Of a DNA stretch of 64,000 nt, positions 18,380-26,905 are shown one piece after another. The notes below the pieces were generated by a model. It was not told the DNA's origin and searched no databases. It saw nothing but the letters and a program-made list of their open reading frames with translations. Made by a program: the position numbers and the translations under genes. The stretch is from the NCBI GenBank assembly GCA_016937015.1, contig JAFGWT010000062.1, positions 2,609 through 66,608 on the forward strand. The letters are read 5' to 3'. Each line of letters starts with the position of its first letter. The stretch's first letter is position 1. Origin of the DNA: Deltaproteobacteria bacterium (GTDB lineage: Bacteria; Myxococcota_A; Polyangia; JAAYKL01).

Positions 18380-19519
18380 ATGAACCGTCGTCTCTTTCAG
18401 AATCAGGAAAAAGTCGCTGGCGTGCAAAATGCGCTGGAAGAGGCATCAGTGCGACCGGCATCAACGGATGAATCTGCCAAACGAAATCTAATCGCCCAAT
18501 TGCACAACGCCAACGCGCCCGCTTCTCACTCCCAAAACCCGATTTGGATACTGGCATCCATTGCAGCGGTTCTGGTTCTTGGCGCCGGCATTACCATTTA
18601 TTTTAAAGGGCATGCGGTATCTTCCCCCGAACACCAGGAGGCGCGACCGGAAACGGTATCAAATGTTAATCTGAAGTTGAGTGGTCTCGTTAGAACGCTG
18701 CCCATAGACCGGGACATCGTCGTGCCCAGCACAGTTGGTGCGAAATTCGTGATGTCGGACCAGTCCACTATCTGGGCAGACAGCGAAACCCAACTGATGT
18801 TTCTATCCAGGGTAGGCGATTTGAATCTGAAATCGGGACGATTGCTGGCCCGGTTCAACAAGCGCCGCACGCCCGCGCGCATCGTCACGCCCAATGGAAC
18901 AATTCAGATTATCGGCACCGTTTTCTCAGTCACGGTCAAACCGGAGTATACTGAAGTTCGGCTTTTTAAAGGTGAAATCGCCCTTCTGCTGAATGGTAAA
19001 CCGATAACCGTGACTCGCGGCACATACGTTCGGGCTACAAACAAAACGATTGATACCCAACGCCCGCTCGATACCTCGGATGTGATCTCTGCGCTGCTGA
19101 TTCCCGAAAAAACCTTTCGACTCTCAGGCCCACCTGTGCCGGAGCTGCAAATATCTGAACCAGCGCCTGTCAACGCCACCCCAAAAGACAAAGTCAGTCT
19201 AACGCCCAATCGACCTTCACCCAAAAATATTTCCCGATTGCACCCCGCCCCACAACTGCCCTCGCCTGTTGCCCGGGATACTGCAGAATCCTCGTTCCAG
19301 CTGCCACCCGAGGACGACATGCAGATTGAACAGCAGGTAGCCCAAAAACAGCCTGATTCCGATGCGGCAACGTCGCCGCCAGCGGAACAGCTGCTCCAGG
19401 ATGCGTGCGATAGTCTGAAACGCGGCGACCACGAAAAAGGGAAAGCCAAAATCCGCGACTATCTCGAAGCGCATCCCAAAGACCGCTACTGGGAACACGT
19501 GCACACCATTTTTGAATAA
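18380..19519 (+). CDS. FecR-like membrane anti-sigma factor with Pro-rich linker and C-terminal TPR-like helix pair
   Basis: Single TM, then IVTPNGTIQIIGTVFSV...VRLFKGEI (FecR signature). Directly downstream of the ECF gene. Confidence 0.75.
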   Translation: MNRRLFQNQEKVAGVQNALEEASVRPASTDESAKRNLIAQLHNANAPASHSQNPIWILASIAAVLVLGAGITIYFKGHAVSSPEHQEARPETVSNVNLKLSGLVRTLPIDRDIVVPSTVGAKFVMSDQSTIWADSETQLMFLSRVGDLNLKSGRLLARFNKRRTPARIVTPNGTIQIIGTVFSVTVKPEYTEVRLFKGEIALLLNGKPITVTRGTYVRATNKTIDTQRPLDTSDVISALLIPEKTFRLSGPPVPELQISEPAPVNATPKDKVSLTPNRPSPKNISRLHPAPQLPSPVARDTAESSFQLPPEDDMQIEQQVAQKQPDSDAATSPPAEQLLQDACDSLKRGDHEKGKAKIRDYLEAHPKDRYWEHVHTIFE

Positions 19520-19543
19520 CCTCAACTTTTTTTTGAACAATCC

Positions 19544-19571
19544 ATAAAACCTTTTGTGCAGTGCCGGCGAC
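19544..19571 (+). promoter_or_regulatory. Candidate ECF sigma promoter
   Basis: ATAAAACC-N16-CGAC, with the same spacing and the same first 12 nt as the site at 17651. Confidence 0.6.
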
Positions 19572-19616
19572 AAAGAGAGCAGAGAGCAAAAAACTGTTTC
19601 GCGAAAGGAAAAAACC

Positions 19617-19856
19617 ATGAAAAAATTTATCTCCGTATCGGTTGCATTCATTTTATTCACTCTGGGCGTTGCTGCTTTGGCACAGGACGCCCCTGACACC
19701 ACCGAGTACAGATTCGACGATGACGTGGTGCAGGGTGATTTGATTTCCCCGGACGGGATTGTACTTGTCGGAAGGAAAAAGGATGCCTCCGGAAGTCTCG
19801 TTAAGGTCCGCAAACATTTTGTGCCTGAGATGCTCAAAAGCGTTGAACGTATCTGA
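19617..19856 (+). CDS. Small exported protein, CglF/GltF-like
   Basis: Signal peptide ends ALAQD. Mature part Y.FDDD.V.G.L..PDG....R....SLVKVR.HFVPEMLKSVE.I matches my recollection of the myxobacterial CglF pattern. Confidence 0.65.
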   Translation: MKKFISVSVAFILFTLGVAALAQDAPDTTEYRFDDDVVQGDLISPDGIVLVGRKKDASGSLVKVRKHFVPEMLKSVERI

Positions 19857-19980
19857 ATCTGCCTTCCTGTTCCGGTGCCAGTCGCAAATATCTCAAAATA
19901 AATGAAAAATTTGGGTGGAATCCAATGAAAAACCAATTAAAAATGAAACACCTGGAAAACACGAACCATTGGAGAACGCA

Positions 19981-21300
19981 ATGAAAGCAAAACTGTTCTG
20001 GATCCTCCCGGTCCTTCTCCTTGCTGCCTGCGGTGGCAGAAACATGTCTCAAACCGCTTCAGCCGACGCCGCCTACGAGCCGGCGCAGAGTTATCCGGAG
20101 GAAAGCGCGGGTGGGCAGGCTTATCCGCAGGCAGCACCGGCTCCCTGGAATACCGAGTATGAAGAGGGGTATGCCGATGATGCATCGCCGGATATGGCAG
20201 GCATTGAAATGGATGGGGGTGACGTGGTGGAGTCGTCTTTCAGCGGCGTAAAAAAATCCGATTCACAAATGTCCCGGGAATCGGTTAAGCCGCCCGGTTC
20301 CTCCGGAACAAAAATGCAGCAGCAACCAACCAGTGGAGACAGACAGGCCAAAGGACCAGCGCCGGATGGCCCAATGATTGTTTACAACGGTTATCTCCAT
20401 TTACGGGTGCGCCGTCTGATGGATGCACTGGATGACATTTCGAAAATAACAAAGGACCACGGCGGGTATGTGGATTCCATGACTCAGCGGTCCATTGTGG
20501 TGCGTATTCCTGGCAAGGACTTTGACGCACTGCTGACCATATTTGCAAAATTGGGAGACGTGCTGTCACGGGAGATTTCAGCGGTGGAAGTGACTGAGCA
20601 ATACACCGATCTGACATCACGGCTGGCTGTGGCAAAGGAAACCCGTGACCGATTGCTGTCATTGCTCGAAAAAGTGTCCAAAGCTGAAGAGCGATTGCGA
20701 ATACTCGAAGAAATCAAACGGTTGTCCGAAGAGATGGAATCCATAAAATCAACTTTGTCGACGCTCGAAACCCTGCTCAAATATTTCACGGTGACCATTG
20801 ATTTAACACCTATTCTCCAGGACGAGACATCCATTCAGCACCAGTCGCCATTCGCATGGATACAGGAACTGAGCCCCCACCGCACTACCCTGTTTGGCGC
20901 GGTGGACAGTATGCGCATGACATTGCCTCGCGATTTTGTCTTCTTCTCCAAGTCTGATGATTACCGGGCGCAATCGGCAGATACCACTGTTGTCCGTGGT
21001 GGCATCATGGAAAACGATCCCAGGGGCGACAATACCTTCTGGGCTGATGCCATCGCCTACGAAATGACTGGGCGCAGCGAAGCACTGGAAGAAAAAGGCG
21101 TGGCGAAAGGTAAAAACGGCAGTGTCTCGTGGCTTATTTTTAAAAACGATGATCTTCAACCCCGTTGGTATCTGGTTGGCGTACACGTCCATGGCGACAG
21201 CATATATGTAGTGGAGGTATTCTTTCCCAACGAGGAGTCGTACAAATCACACAGGGACGATCTGCTGAAGTCACTGGACACATTTGAGGTGCGCCAATGA
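19981..21300 (+). CDS. DUF4349-like lipoprotein with extra C-terminal domain
   Basis: Lipobox LLAAC. MIVYNGYLHL...GGYV...VRIP...EVTEQYTDL coiled coil, then SPFAW. Confidence 0.7.
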   Translation: MKAKLFWILPVLLLAACGGRNMSQTASADAAYEPAQSYPEESAGGQAYPQAAPAPWNTEYEEGYADDASPDMAGIEMDGGDVVESSFSGVKKSDSQMSRESVKPPGSSGTKMQQQPTSGDRQAKGPAPDGPMIVYNGYLHLRVRRLMDALDDISKITKDHGGYVDSMTQRSIVVRIPGKDFDALLTIFAKLGDVLSREISAVEVTEQYTDLTSRLAVAKETRDRLLSLLEKVSKAEERLRILEEIKRLSEEMESIKSTLSTLETLLKYFTVTIDLTPILQDETSIQHQSPFAWIQELSPHRTTLFGAVDSMRMTLPRDFVFFSKSDDYRAQSADTTVVRGGIMENDPRGDNTFWADAIAYEMTGRSEALEEKGVAKGKNGSVSWLIFKNDDLQPRWYLVGVHVHGDSIYVVEVFFPNEESYKSHRDDLLKSLDTFEVRQ

Positions 21301-22013
21301 GATATTTACAGATTTTTGCAGTCAATCTCGCTGTTACACTTTTCACCTCGGCCCTTTTGGCGCAATCCAGAGAGCCCCAGCCGACCGGCGACCGCGGCGT
21401 GACGGCCCTCGCTGAGGCTGATGCAACCACGGCGTCCAAAAAAAACAATGACGCCGATGCACAGGAATCCCGAGATGAGATTGATGCCCGACTGGAATCG
21501 ATTAAAACCACGATGGTGTTAAAGGTCATCAACCCGGACGACGCCCGGAACGCCATAAAAAAAATGGCTGCAGAGATGGGCGGATATGCGACGCATTTAA
21601 ACGATTCGTCAATAACACTTAAAATTCCCCCTGCTAAAATGGCTGACGCTTTGGTGGATTTTGCCCGTCAGGGCATCGTTGTGGAGAAAACCATTGTGCG
21701 CCAGGATCTGACTCTCGAAATCGCACAGCTGGAAGGCAAGCTAAGCAGTCAAAAGGAAATTCTCACCAAACTGCGCGAATTTTTCGATGACTCCGATTTT
21801 GCCGCCACCCTCGACATCGAACGCAGCATGAGCGGACTGGTCCGCGAAATTGAAAGCGTGAAGGGAAGACTCAGATTTTTAAAGGAACAATCTCAATGGG
21901 CGGTCGTCCAGATATTTTTCAAGTTCAGGGAGCGGGAAAGGGTACTGTACGTGGCATCACCGTTTGACTGGCTGAACAGCGCCAATCTGAACGCATTCCT
22001 GGAGGAGTTTTAA
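21297..22013 (+). CDS. DUF4349-like exported protein
   Basis: Signal peptide. GGY...LKIP...QDLT coiled coil...IESVKGRLRFL, then SPFDW. ATGA overlap with the upstream gene. Confidence 0.65.
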   Translation: MRYLQIFAVNLAVTLFTSALLAQSREPQPTGDRGVTALAEADATTASKKNNDADAQESRDEIDARLESIKTTMVLKVINPDDARNAIKKMAAEMGGYATHLNDSSITLKIPPAKMADALVDFARQGIVVEKTIVRQDLTLEIAQLEGKLSSQKEILTKLREFFDDSDFAATLDIERSMSGLVREIESVKGRLRFLKEQSQWAVVQIFFKFRERERVLYVASPFDWLNSANLNAFLEEF

Positions 22014-22015
22014 GT

Positions 22016-22627
22016 ATGATTATCCGCACCATTAATTGCCAGGGGGCGGACCGCCGTGTCTGCCCTGTCAGACCTCTTCGGACTTCAGTTGTTTCTGTCA
22101 GCACTCATCGTACTGCAGATTCCCTTCATGTCCGGTCTGTAAACACAATCAGGCAGCATCCGAATCGGTCCAGTTGGCATATCGCTGCCCTTGTATTGCT
22201 GGCCTGCATCTTTTCCGCATGTGGCGGGGTCACCTATACCATGGACGCGCCAAAACAGTTTAAACGGTTTGATGACGCCGACACCTACAAATACATCACC
22301 GCGAACGGTGTGATGCTAAAGGCGCGAGAAGTGGACAACTATCCCAAAGCGGCGCTGTCGTTCTGGAAAGACGCCACGCAAAAGCACCTTGAAAAAGTTG
22401 GCTACATCCACAGCGACACCGTCTGTTTTAAGACCAAACATGGTCTGGATGGCTGCACCCTGACCTTCGCGCTCCCCCATGGGGCTGAGGACTGGATTTT
22501 CCAGGAAACCATTTTTGTTGTCAGCGACACACTGGTTTTGGTAGAAGCAGCAGGTGAGTTTAACAAATTCAAAGCCATCGAGCCGGATTTGGCGGCAGCG
22601 TTAAAAACGTTCTCCCCGAATATCTGA
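22016..22627 (+). CDS. Hypothetical lipoprotein
   Basis: Lipobox IFSAC. The mature domain resembles the C-terminal domain of 19981..21300. Start is uncertain. Confidence 0.6.
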   Translation: MIIRTINCQGADRRVCPVRPLRTSVVSVSTHRTADSLHVRSVNTIRQHPNRSSWHIAALVLLACIFSACGGVTYTMDAPKQFKRFDDADTYKYITANGVMLKAREVDNYPKAALSFWKDATQKHLEKVGYIHSDTVCFKTKHGLDGCTLTFALPHGAEDWIFQETIFVVSDTLVLVEAAGEFNKFKAIEPDLAAALKTFSPNI

Positions 22628-22662
22628 ATCAGATTTGACGATGGCAAACAGACAGGTAAACA

Positions 22663-23100
22663 ATGACTGACAACCCATCAGTTTCACAAACCCGTATCCG
22701 AGTCATAAAAGCGATTGTCACTGTTCTGGTCGTCGCTGGCGCCATCACCTGGCTCGTGGTATCGAGCTTTGACGAAAACATGATTTACTACAAAACAGTG
22801 CAGGAGGCATTGAACGAACGGAGTCAATTTGAAAAAACCCCGGTGCGTATCAACGGACTTCTAGTTCCTGACTCGGTGAAACAAAAACCAGGTACCAACC
22901 AGTTCAAATTTCAGCTCGAAAAAAACGACGCCATTTTGGAGATTGAGTATGCGGGCATTTTGCCGGATACCATGCGAGAAGGTAAGGAGCTGGTTGTGGA
23001 AGGTACCCTTGTGCCAGGCAAAAACGTTCTCAGTGCAACCGAAATTCTCACCAAATGCCCCTCCAAATATGAAAAAGAAGCCCAGAGCAGAAACAATTGA
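22663..23100 (+). CDS. ccmE: Cytochrome c maturation heme chaperone, CxxxY variant
   Basis: N-terminal TM, YY.TV.E, VRINGL, Y.GILPDTMREG..LVVEG, ILTKCPSKY. Confidence 0.88.
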   Translation: MTDNPSVSQTRIRVIKAIVTVLVVAGAITWLVVSSFDENMIYYKTVQEALNERSQFEKTPVRINGLLVPDSVKQKPGTNQFKFQLEKNDAILEIEYAGILPDTMREGKELVVEGTLVPGKNVLSATEILTKCPSKYEKEAQSRNN

Positions 23101-23933
23101 CTGCGATCAGGCAAATTCTGTTCATCGCCGCATTGCCATTTGAAGCGGCATCGGTTCGGCGACATCTTGATATGGCGCCAAGCAACGGCGTGCTTTCTGC
23201 ATTTACCAATCCGCCTTATCATCTGGTAGTCTCCGGTGTGGGCAAGGCACACGCCGCCGCGGCCACTGGCGCGCTGTGCAGTCAGTTCGACCCCGATGCG
23301 ATTGGCGCGGTGGTCAACATCGGCGTTGCCGGCGCCGTGTCAGATGCAATTCCCATCGGCAGCACCTGGCTCATCAATCAAATACACGACGCGGCGACTG
23401 CCCGATCGTACTACCCGGATATGCTGGCCACCCATCAGTTAAATGAAACCCAGGTGACCACCTTTGACAGGCCTGTTTCCAGTACCGTCAATGCGCCCAA
23501 AGGCGGTCTGGTCGATATGGAAGCCAGCGCTTTTTTTGAAGCGGCATCCATGTTCGTTGGCCCGGAAAAAATCATCTGCGTCAAAGTGGTATCAGATGTT
23601 CTGCAACACCCTCCCCGCATCAGTACAAAACAAATGAGCGCGGCCATTGAATCGGCAATGCCCAACATCCTTACCGTTGTTCACAACAGCTGCGCGTGTA
23701 TCGCTCAAAACCCGGCAATGTCGCTCAATGAATCCCACCACGAGTACATGGCTGGAATATCCAAAGCATTAAGACTGACGCGCACACAGCAGATACAGCT
23801 TCATCAGGCGGTAACGAGATTCATTCACATGCATCCTTCCACTCCGCTGCCGGCGTTTATCCCTCAACAAATAAAATCTTCAAGAGAGAGGAATCACTGT
23901 TTTGCAGAGCTCCAGCAAGAGTTGCTTCGCTAA
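23097..23933 (+). CDS. Nucleoside phosphorylase/nucleosidase (PNP_UDP_1, MTA/SAH nucleosidase-like)
   Basis: ALPFEA, SGVGKAHAA, NIGVAGA, VDMEASAF, KVVSD. Confidence 0.8.
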   Translation: MTAIRQILFIAALPFEAASVRRHLDMAPSNGVLSAFTNPPYHLVVSGVGKAHAAAATGALCSQFDPDAIGAVVNIGVAGAVSDAIPIGSTWLINQIHDAATARSYYPDMLATHQLNETQVTTFDRPVSSTVNAPKGGLVDMEASAFFEAASMFVGPEKIICVKVVSDVLQHPPRISTKQMSAAIESAMPNILTVVHNSCACIAQNPAMSLNESHHEYMAGISKALRLTRTQQIQLHQAVTRFIHMHPSTPLPAFIPQQIKSSRERNHCFAELQQELLR

Positions 23934-24903
23934 GCCGCTGTCACATATTTACATTGAGCATGCCATCGCCACCCACCCTCGGACGGTTTCCCTGGTGCAT
24001 CGCTTTCCAGATGCACAGAATGTGTATATTGACAGCTACAAACATGTATTCAATCGCAGCCACCAGAATTTTGACCTCCAAAAAAAAACGCCCAAACTGA
24101 TTCTGGCACAAAAACAGGTCCCCCACGTTTATCCATTCTCCGAAAAATGCCAAATGGCGGCATTTGAAAAAGCCGTGTATGTCACACCAGTTCTGGGATG
24201 TCGCTTCGATTGCGACTTTTGCTTTTTGCATGGCATGTACAACAGTGCCAATCCGGTAATTTTTGTAAATATCGAAGAAATGCAGACAGAACTTTCACAG
24301 AAAGCCGCAGAGTCGAACACACCGTTGTTTGTCAGCCTGTCCTACGAAACCGACCTCCTTGCGCTCGAACCCATTTGCGAAATGCTGCCCGACTGGATTG
24401 CGTTTAGCCGCAGATCGCCAAACCTTTTTTTTGAATGTCGCACCCGAAGCGGACTGTTTCAAAAAATCGCAAAGGAGAAACCCCAGCAAAACTTTTTGTT
24501 GTCGTGGTCACTTAATCCGGACGAAATCATCACACAGTTCGAGCACGGCGCACCCAATCTAAATAGCCGCTTGCGTGCCGCACGCCAGGCATTGGCGGCC
24601 GGATGGCCAGTACGACTCTGTTTTGATCCGATAATTCCCATTCCAGACTGGCAATCCAGTTACAGGCGCCTGTTTAAACACGTCTTCGACACATTGCCCG
24701 CCAGGCAGCTGTACGATGTGACAACCGGCCCCTTTAGAATGGGCAGCGACTTTTTCAAACGTATTCGCAAACAACGGCCTTGGTGCGACCTGTACTATAA
24801 AGAGATGATTATTGGCACTGACAGTTTCAATAATGTTATAGTGGAAGGACTGCAACAATATGTTCCCATGGAAAAGGTGGTCATATGGAAGTCGCAATTA
24901 TAA
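23902..24903 (+). CDS. Spore photoproduct lyase (SPL)-family radical SAM protein, non-canonical
   Basis: GCRFDCDFC motif, ECRTRS, SWSLNP, EHGAPNLNSRL.AA, GWPVRLCFDPII. Confidence 0.8.
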   Translation: MQSSSKSCFAKPLSHIYIEHAIATHPRTVSLVHRFPDAQNVYIDSYKHVFNRSHQNFDLQKKTPKLILAQKQVPHVYPFSEKCQMAAFEKAVYVTPVLGCRFDCDFCFLHGMYNSANPVIFVNIEEMQTELSQKAAESNTPLFVSLSYETDLLALEPICEMLPDWIAFSRRSPNLFFECRTRSGLFQKIAKEKPQQNFLLSWSLNPDEIITQFEHGAPNLNSRLRAARQALAAGWPVRLCFDPIIPIPDWQSSYRRLFKHVFDTLPARQLYDVTTGPFRMGSDFFKRIRKQRPWCDLYYKEMIIGTDSFNNVIVEGLQQYVPMEKVVIWKSQL

Positions 24904-25595
24904 CCGGAGCATCCAGAGGGATTGGACTGGAAATAGCCAAAAGACTGGTTTCCGCCGGATATGAAACCTTTGGTCTCGCCAGACAGTTTGACACCTGCGA
25001 TCTGACATCTGAGCTGTTTCACCCAATCGTTTGTGACATCACCAATCTGAGTGAACTGACTGTCGCCGCCAGCCAGATTGTACGGGAAAAAAAGCGGGTG
25101 GATGTGCTGGTCAACAATGCAGGCGTTGGGATTTTTGGTCCATTGGACAGTTTAAAAATAAGCGACATTGACATAATGGTTCGCACCAATGTGACCGCCC
25201 CATTTGTGCTGACGTCGGAACTGTTGTTCTGGCTGCGAAAAAGCAGCGGCTACGTCATTAATATCGCATCCACCGCCGCACTGAAAACGCAGGCTCAAGG
25301 CGCAATTTACAGCGCGACCAAATCGGCGCTGTTGCATTTTGGAGACTGCCTGTTTGAAGAGACCCGAAAACAGGGGGTACGCGTGACGACCATCTGTCCG
25401 GACATCACCGGAGAAACAGATTTTTATCAACACAATTACTTCGCGCCGTCCGAAAACGAAGATACATTCATTCTGCCAGGTTGCGTTGCGGATGCAGTAA
25501 TAAATGTCCTCAATCAGCGTCCGGGCACTGTGGTCTCACAGATTGTGGTGCAGGCCCAACGTTTTCAAATTACAAAACGCCCGCCATCTTCCTGA
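24885..25595 (+). CDS. Short-chain dehydrogenase/reductase
   Basis: ITGASRGIG, LVNNAG, YSATK. Confidence 0.9.
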   Translation: MEVAIITGASRGIGLEIAKRLVSAGYETFGLARQFDTCDLTSELFHPIVCDITNLSELTVAASQIVREKKRVDVLVNNAGVGIFGPLDSLKISDIDIMVRTNVTAPFVLTSELLFWLRKSSGYVINIASTAALKTQAQGAIYSATKSALLHFGDCLFEETRKQGVRVTTICPDITGETDFYQHNYFAPSENEDTFILPGCVADAVINVLNQRPGTVVSQIVVQAQRFQITKRPPSS

Positions 25596-26865
25596 AATTT
25601 TTAAAGTAGTACTGCAGCGTTGTATCTGACAGCCCGCCCTGATCATATACCAGTGAGGCGGAATAAAAAGTATTTGCATCCAGATGGCGATAAAAGTCCT
25701 TCGCCAGTCTTTGTTCAGCCACCAGTTGGGTATAGAGTCGGGTACCGGGGAACGGAAAAAGAGATGACAGCAGAACCCAATCCGGTGCGATGTCACGGCA
25801 AAAGTCAACGGATTCCCGAAGATGCGCTTCAGTTTCGTCGGGCAATCCAATCATGAACGTTGCCACAATCTTTATGTGCTGCTGTTTTAGCAACCCCACC
25901 TTGTACATAATTTCTTCATTGGAAACAGACTTGCCAAGCGCTTTTTTTCGCATGCGTTCGTTTCCGCACTCAATTCCTGTCAGCACGCGGTAGCACCCTG
26001 CCTGCCGCAGAATTTTCACAATATTTTCATCAATATCCTGAATATGTACATTGCACCAGAATGGCCGGTTGATCTCTCGCCTGAACACATCGGCAAATTC
26101 GGTCAGCCAGTCGACATCCATAGTGAAAATATCATCATGAAATCCAATAACGCCGTTGTACTGATAAAGCGCCGTGGCAGCATTTATTTCCTGAACAACG
26201 GATTGAACCGTTCGTCGCCGAATCATCGCCTTCCCCTGAAGTTTGATGAGTCTCGGATTCAAACAGAAACGGCAGCCGTATCTGCATCCTCTGGTCGCCA
26301 TAAACTCCATGCCCACCAACCTGCCTGCTTTTGTGGCCAGGACATCCTGATACGGAAAAAATACCCGGTCCGGGAAAGGCAGCGAATCGAGATCCGCCAC
26401 CATGCAACCGGTGGCGTTCTGATTCAGTTTGCCATTGGACTGAAAATACAGATTCGGCACATTATCCAGCGTCCCTCCGGTTTCCATCCAGTCTGCTATT
26501 GCGCCTGTGGCGAGTTCACCCTCCCCGGCACACACGCCGGTGACACCTTCTTCCATGGCAAGAACTTCCGGCAAGGCAATGGCATGGGGGCCGCCTACAA
26601 ACACGGGAAGTCTATGCTTCCAGTATTGCTGTAAGACACGACTGAACAATGGATACCCTGTGGTGCACAGATATACAAACACTGCGTCACAGTCCATCAC
26701 CGCCTCAAGTGTTTGAGTATCATCCAAATTATCTATATTGAATAAAACCGTCTGATGGTTTAACTCTTTTAGAATAGCGGAGATGGAACCGAGTCCCTGG
26801 CTATATCCCAGATAATTGGCAACATCACGCGGCGGAACAAAATTAACCAGTGCGAACCGTTTCAT
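25570..26865 (-). CDS. B12-binding radical SAM protein
   Basis: N-terminal cobalamin-binding domain (VGGPHA, GEGE, LPFPDR). TRGCRYGCRFC, DDIF, GIECG, FMIGLPDET, PFPGT. Confidence 0.88.
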   Translation of the reverse strand: MKRFALVNFVPPRDVANYLGYSQGLGSISAILKELNHQTVLFNIDNLDDTQTLEAVMDCDAVFVYLCTTGYPLFSRVLQQYWKHRLPVFVGGPHAIALPEVLAMEEGVTGVCAGEGELATGAIADWMETGGTLDNVPNLYFQSNGKLNQNATGCMVADLDSLPFPDRVFFPYQDVLATKAGRLVGMEFMATRGCRYGCRFCLNPRLIKLQGKAMIRRRTVQSVVQEINAATALYQYNGVIGFHDDIFTMDVDWLTEFADVFRREINRPFWCNVHIQDIDENIVKILRQAGCYRVLTGIECGNERMRKKALGKSVSNEEIMYKVGLLKQQHIKIVATFMIGLPDETEAHLRESVDFCRDIAPDWVLLSSLFPFPGTRLYTQLVAEQRLAKDFYRHLDANTFYSASLVYDQGGLSDTTLQYYFKNFRKMAGVL

Positions 26866-26905
26866 GCGTTCTTCCTATTTGAAACGCCACCAAAAGGAAA
26901 GACTT

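Noticed and set aside
23902..24903. True spore photoproduct lyase implying sporulation
   Set aside because: The relay Cys and Tyr residues appear substituted, and the context is a diderm with LP-ring flagella.
26816..26905. Longer N-terminus for the GT4 overlapping the B12-rSAM start
   Set aside because: An RBS-preceded TTG at 26906 avoids the head-to-head overlap.
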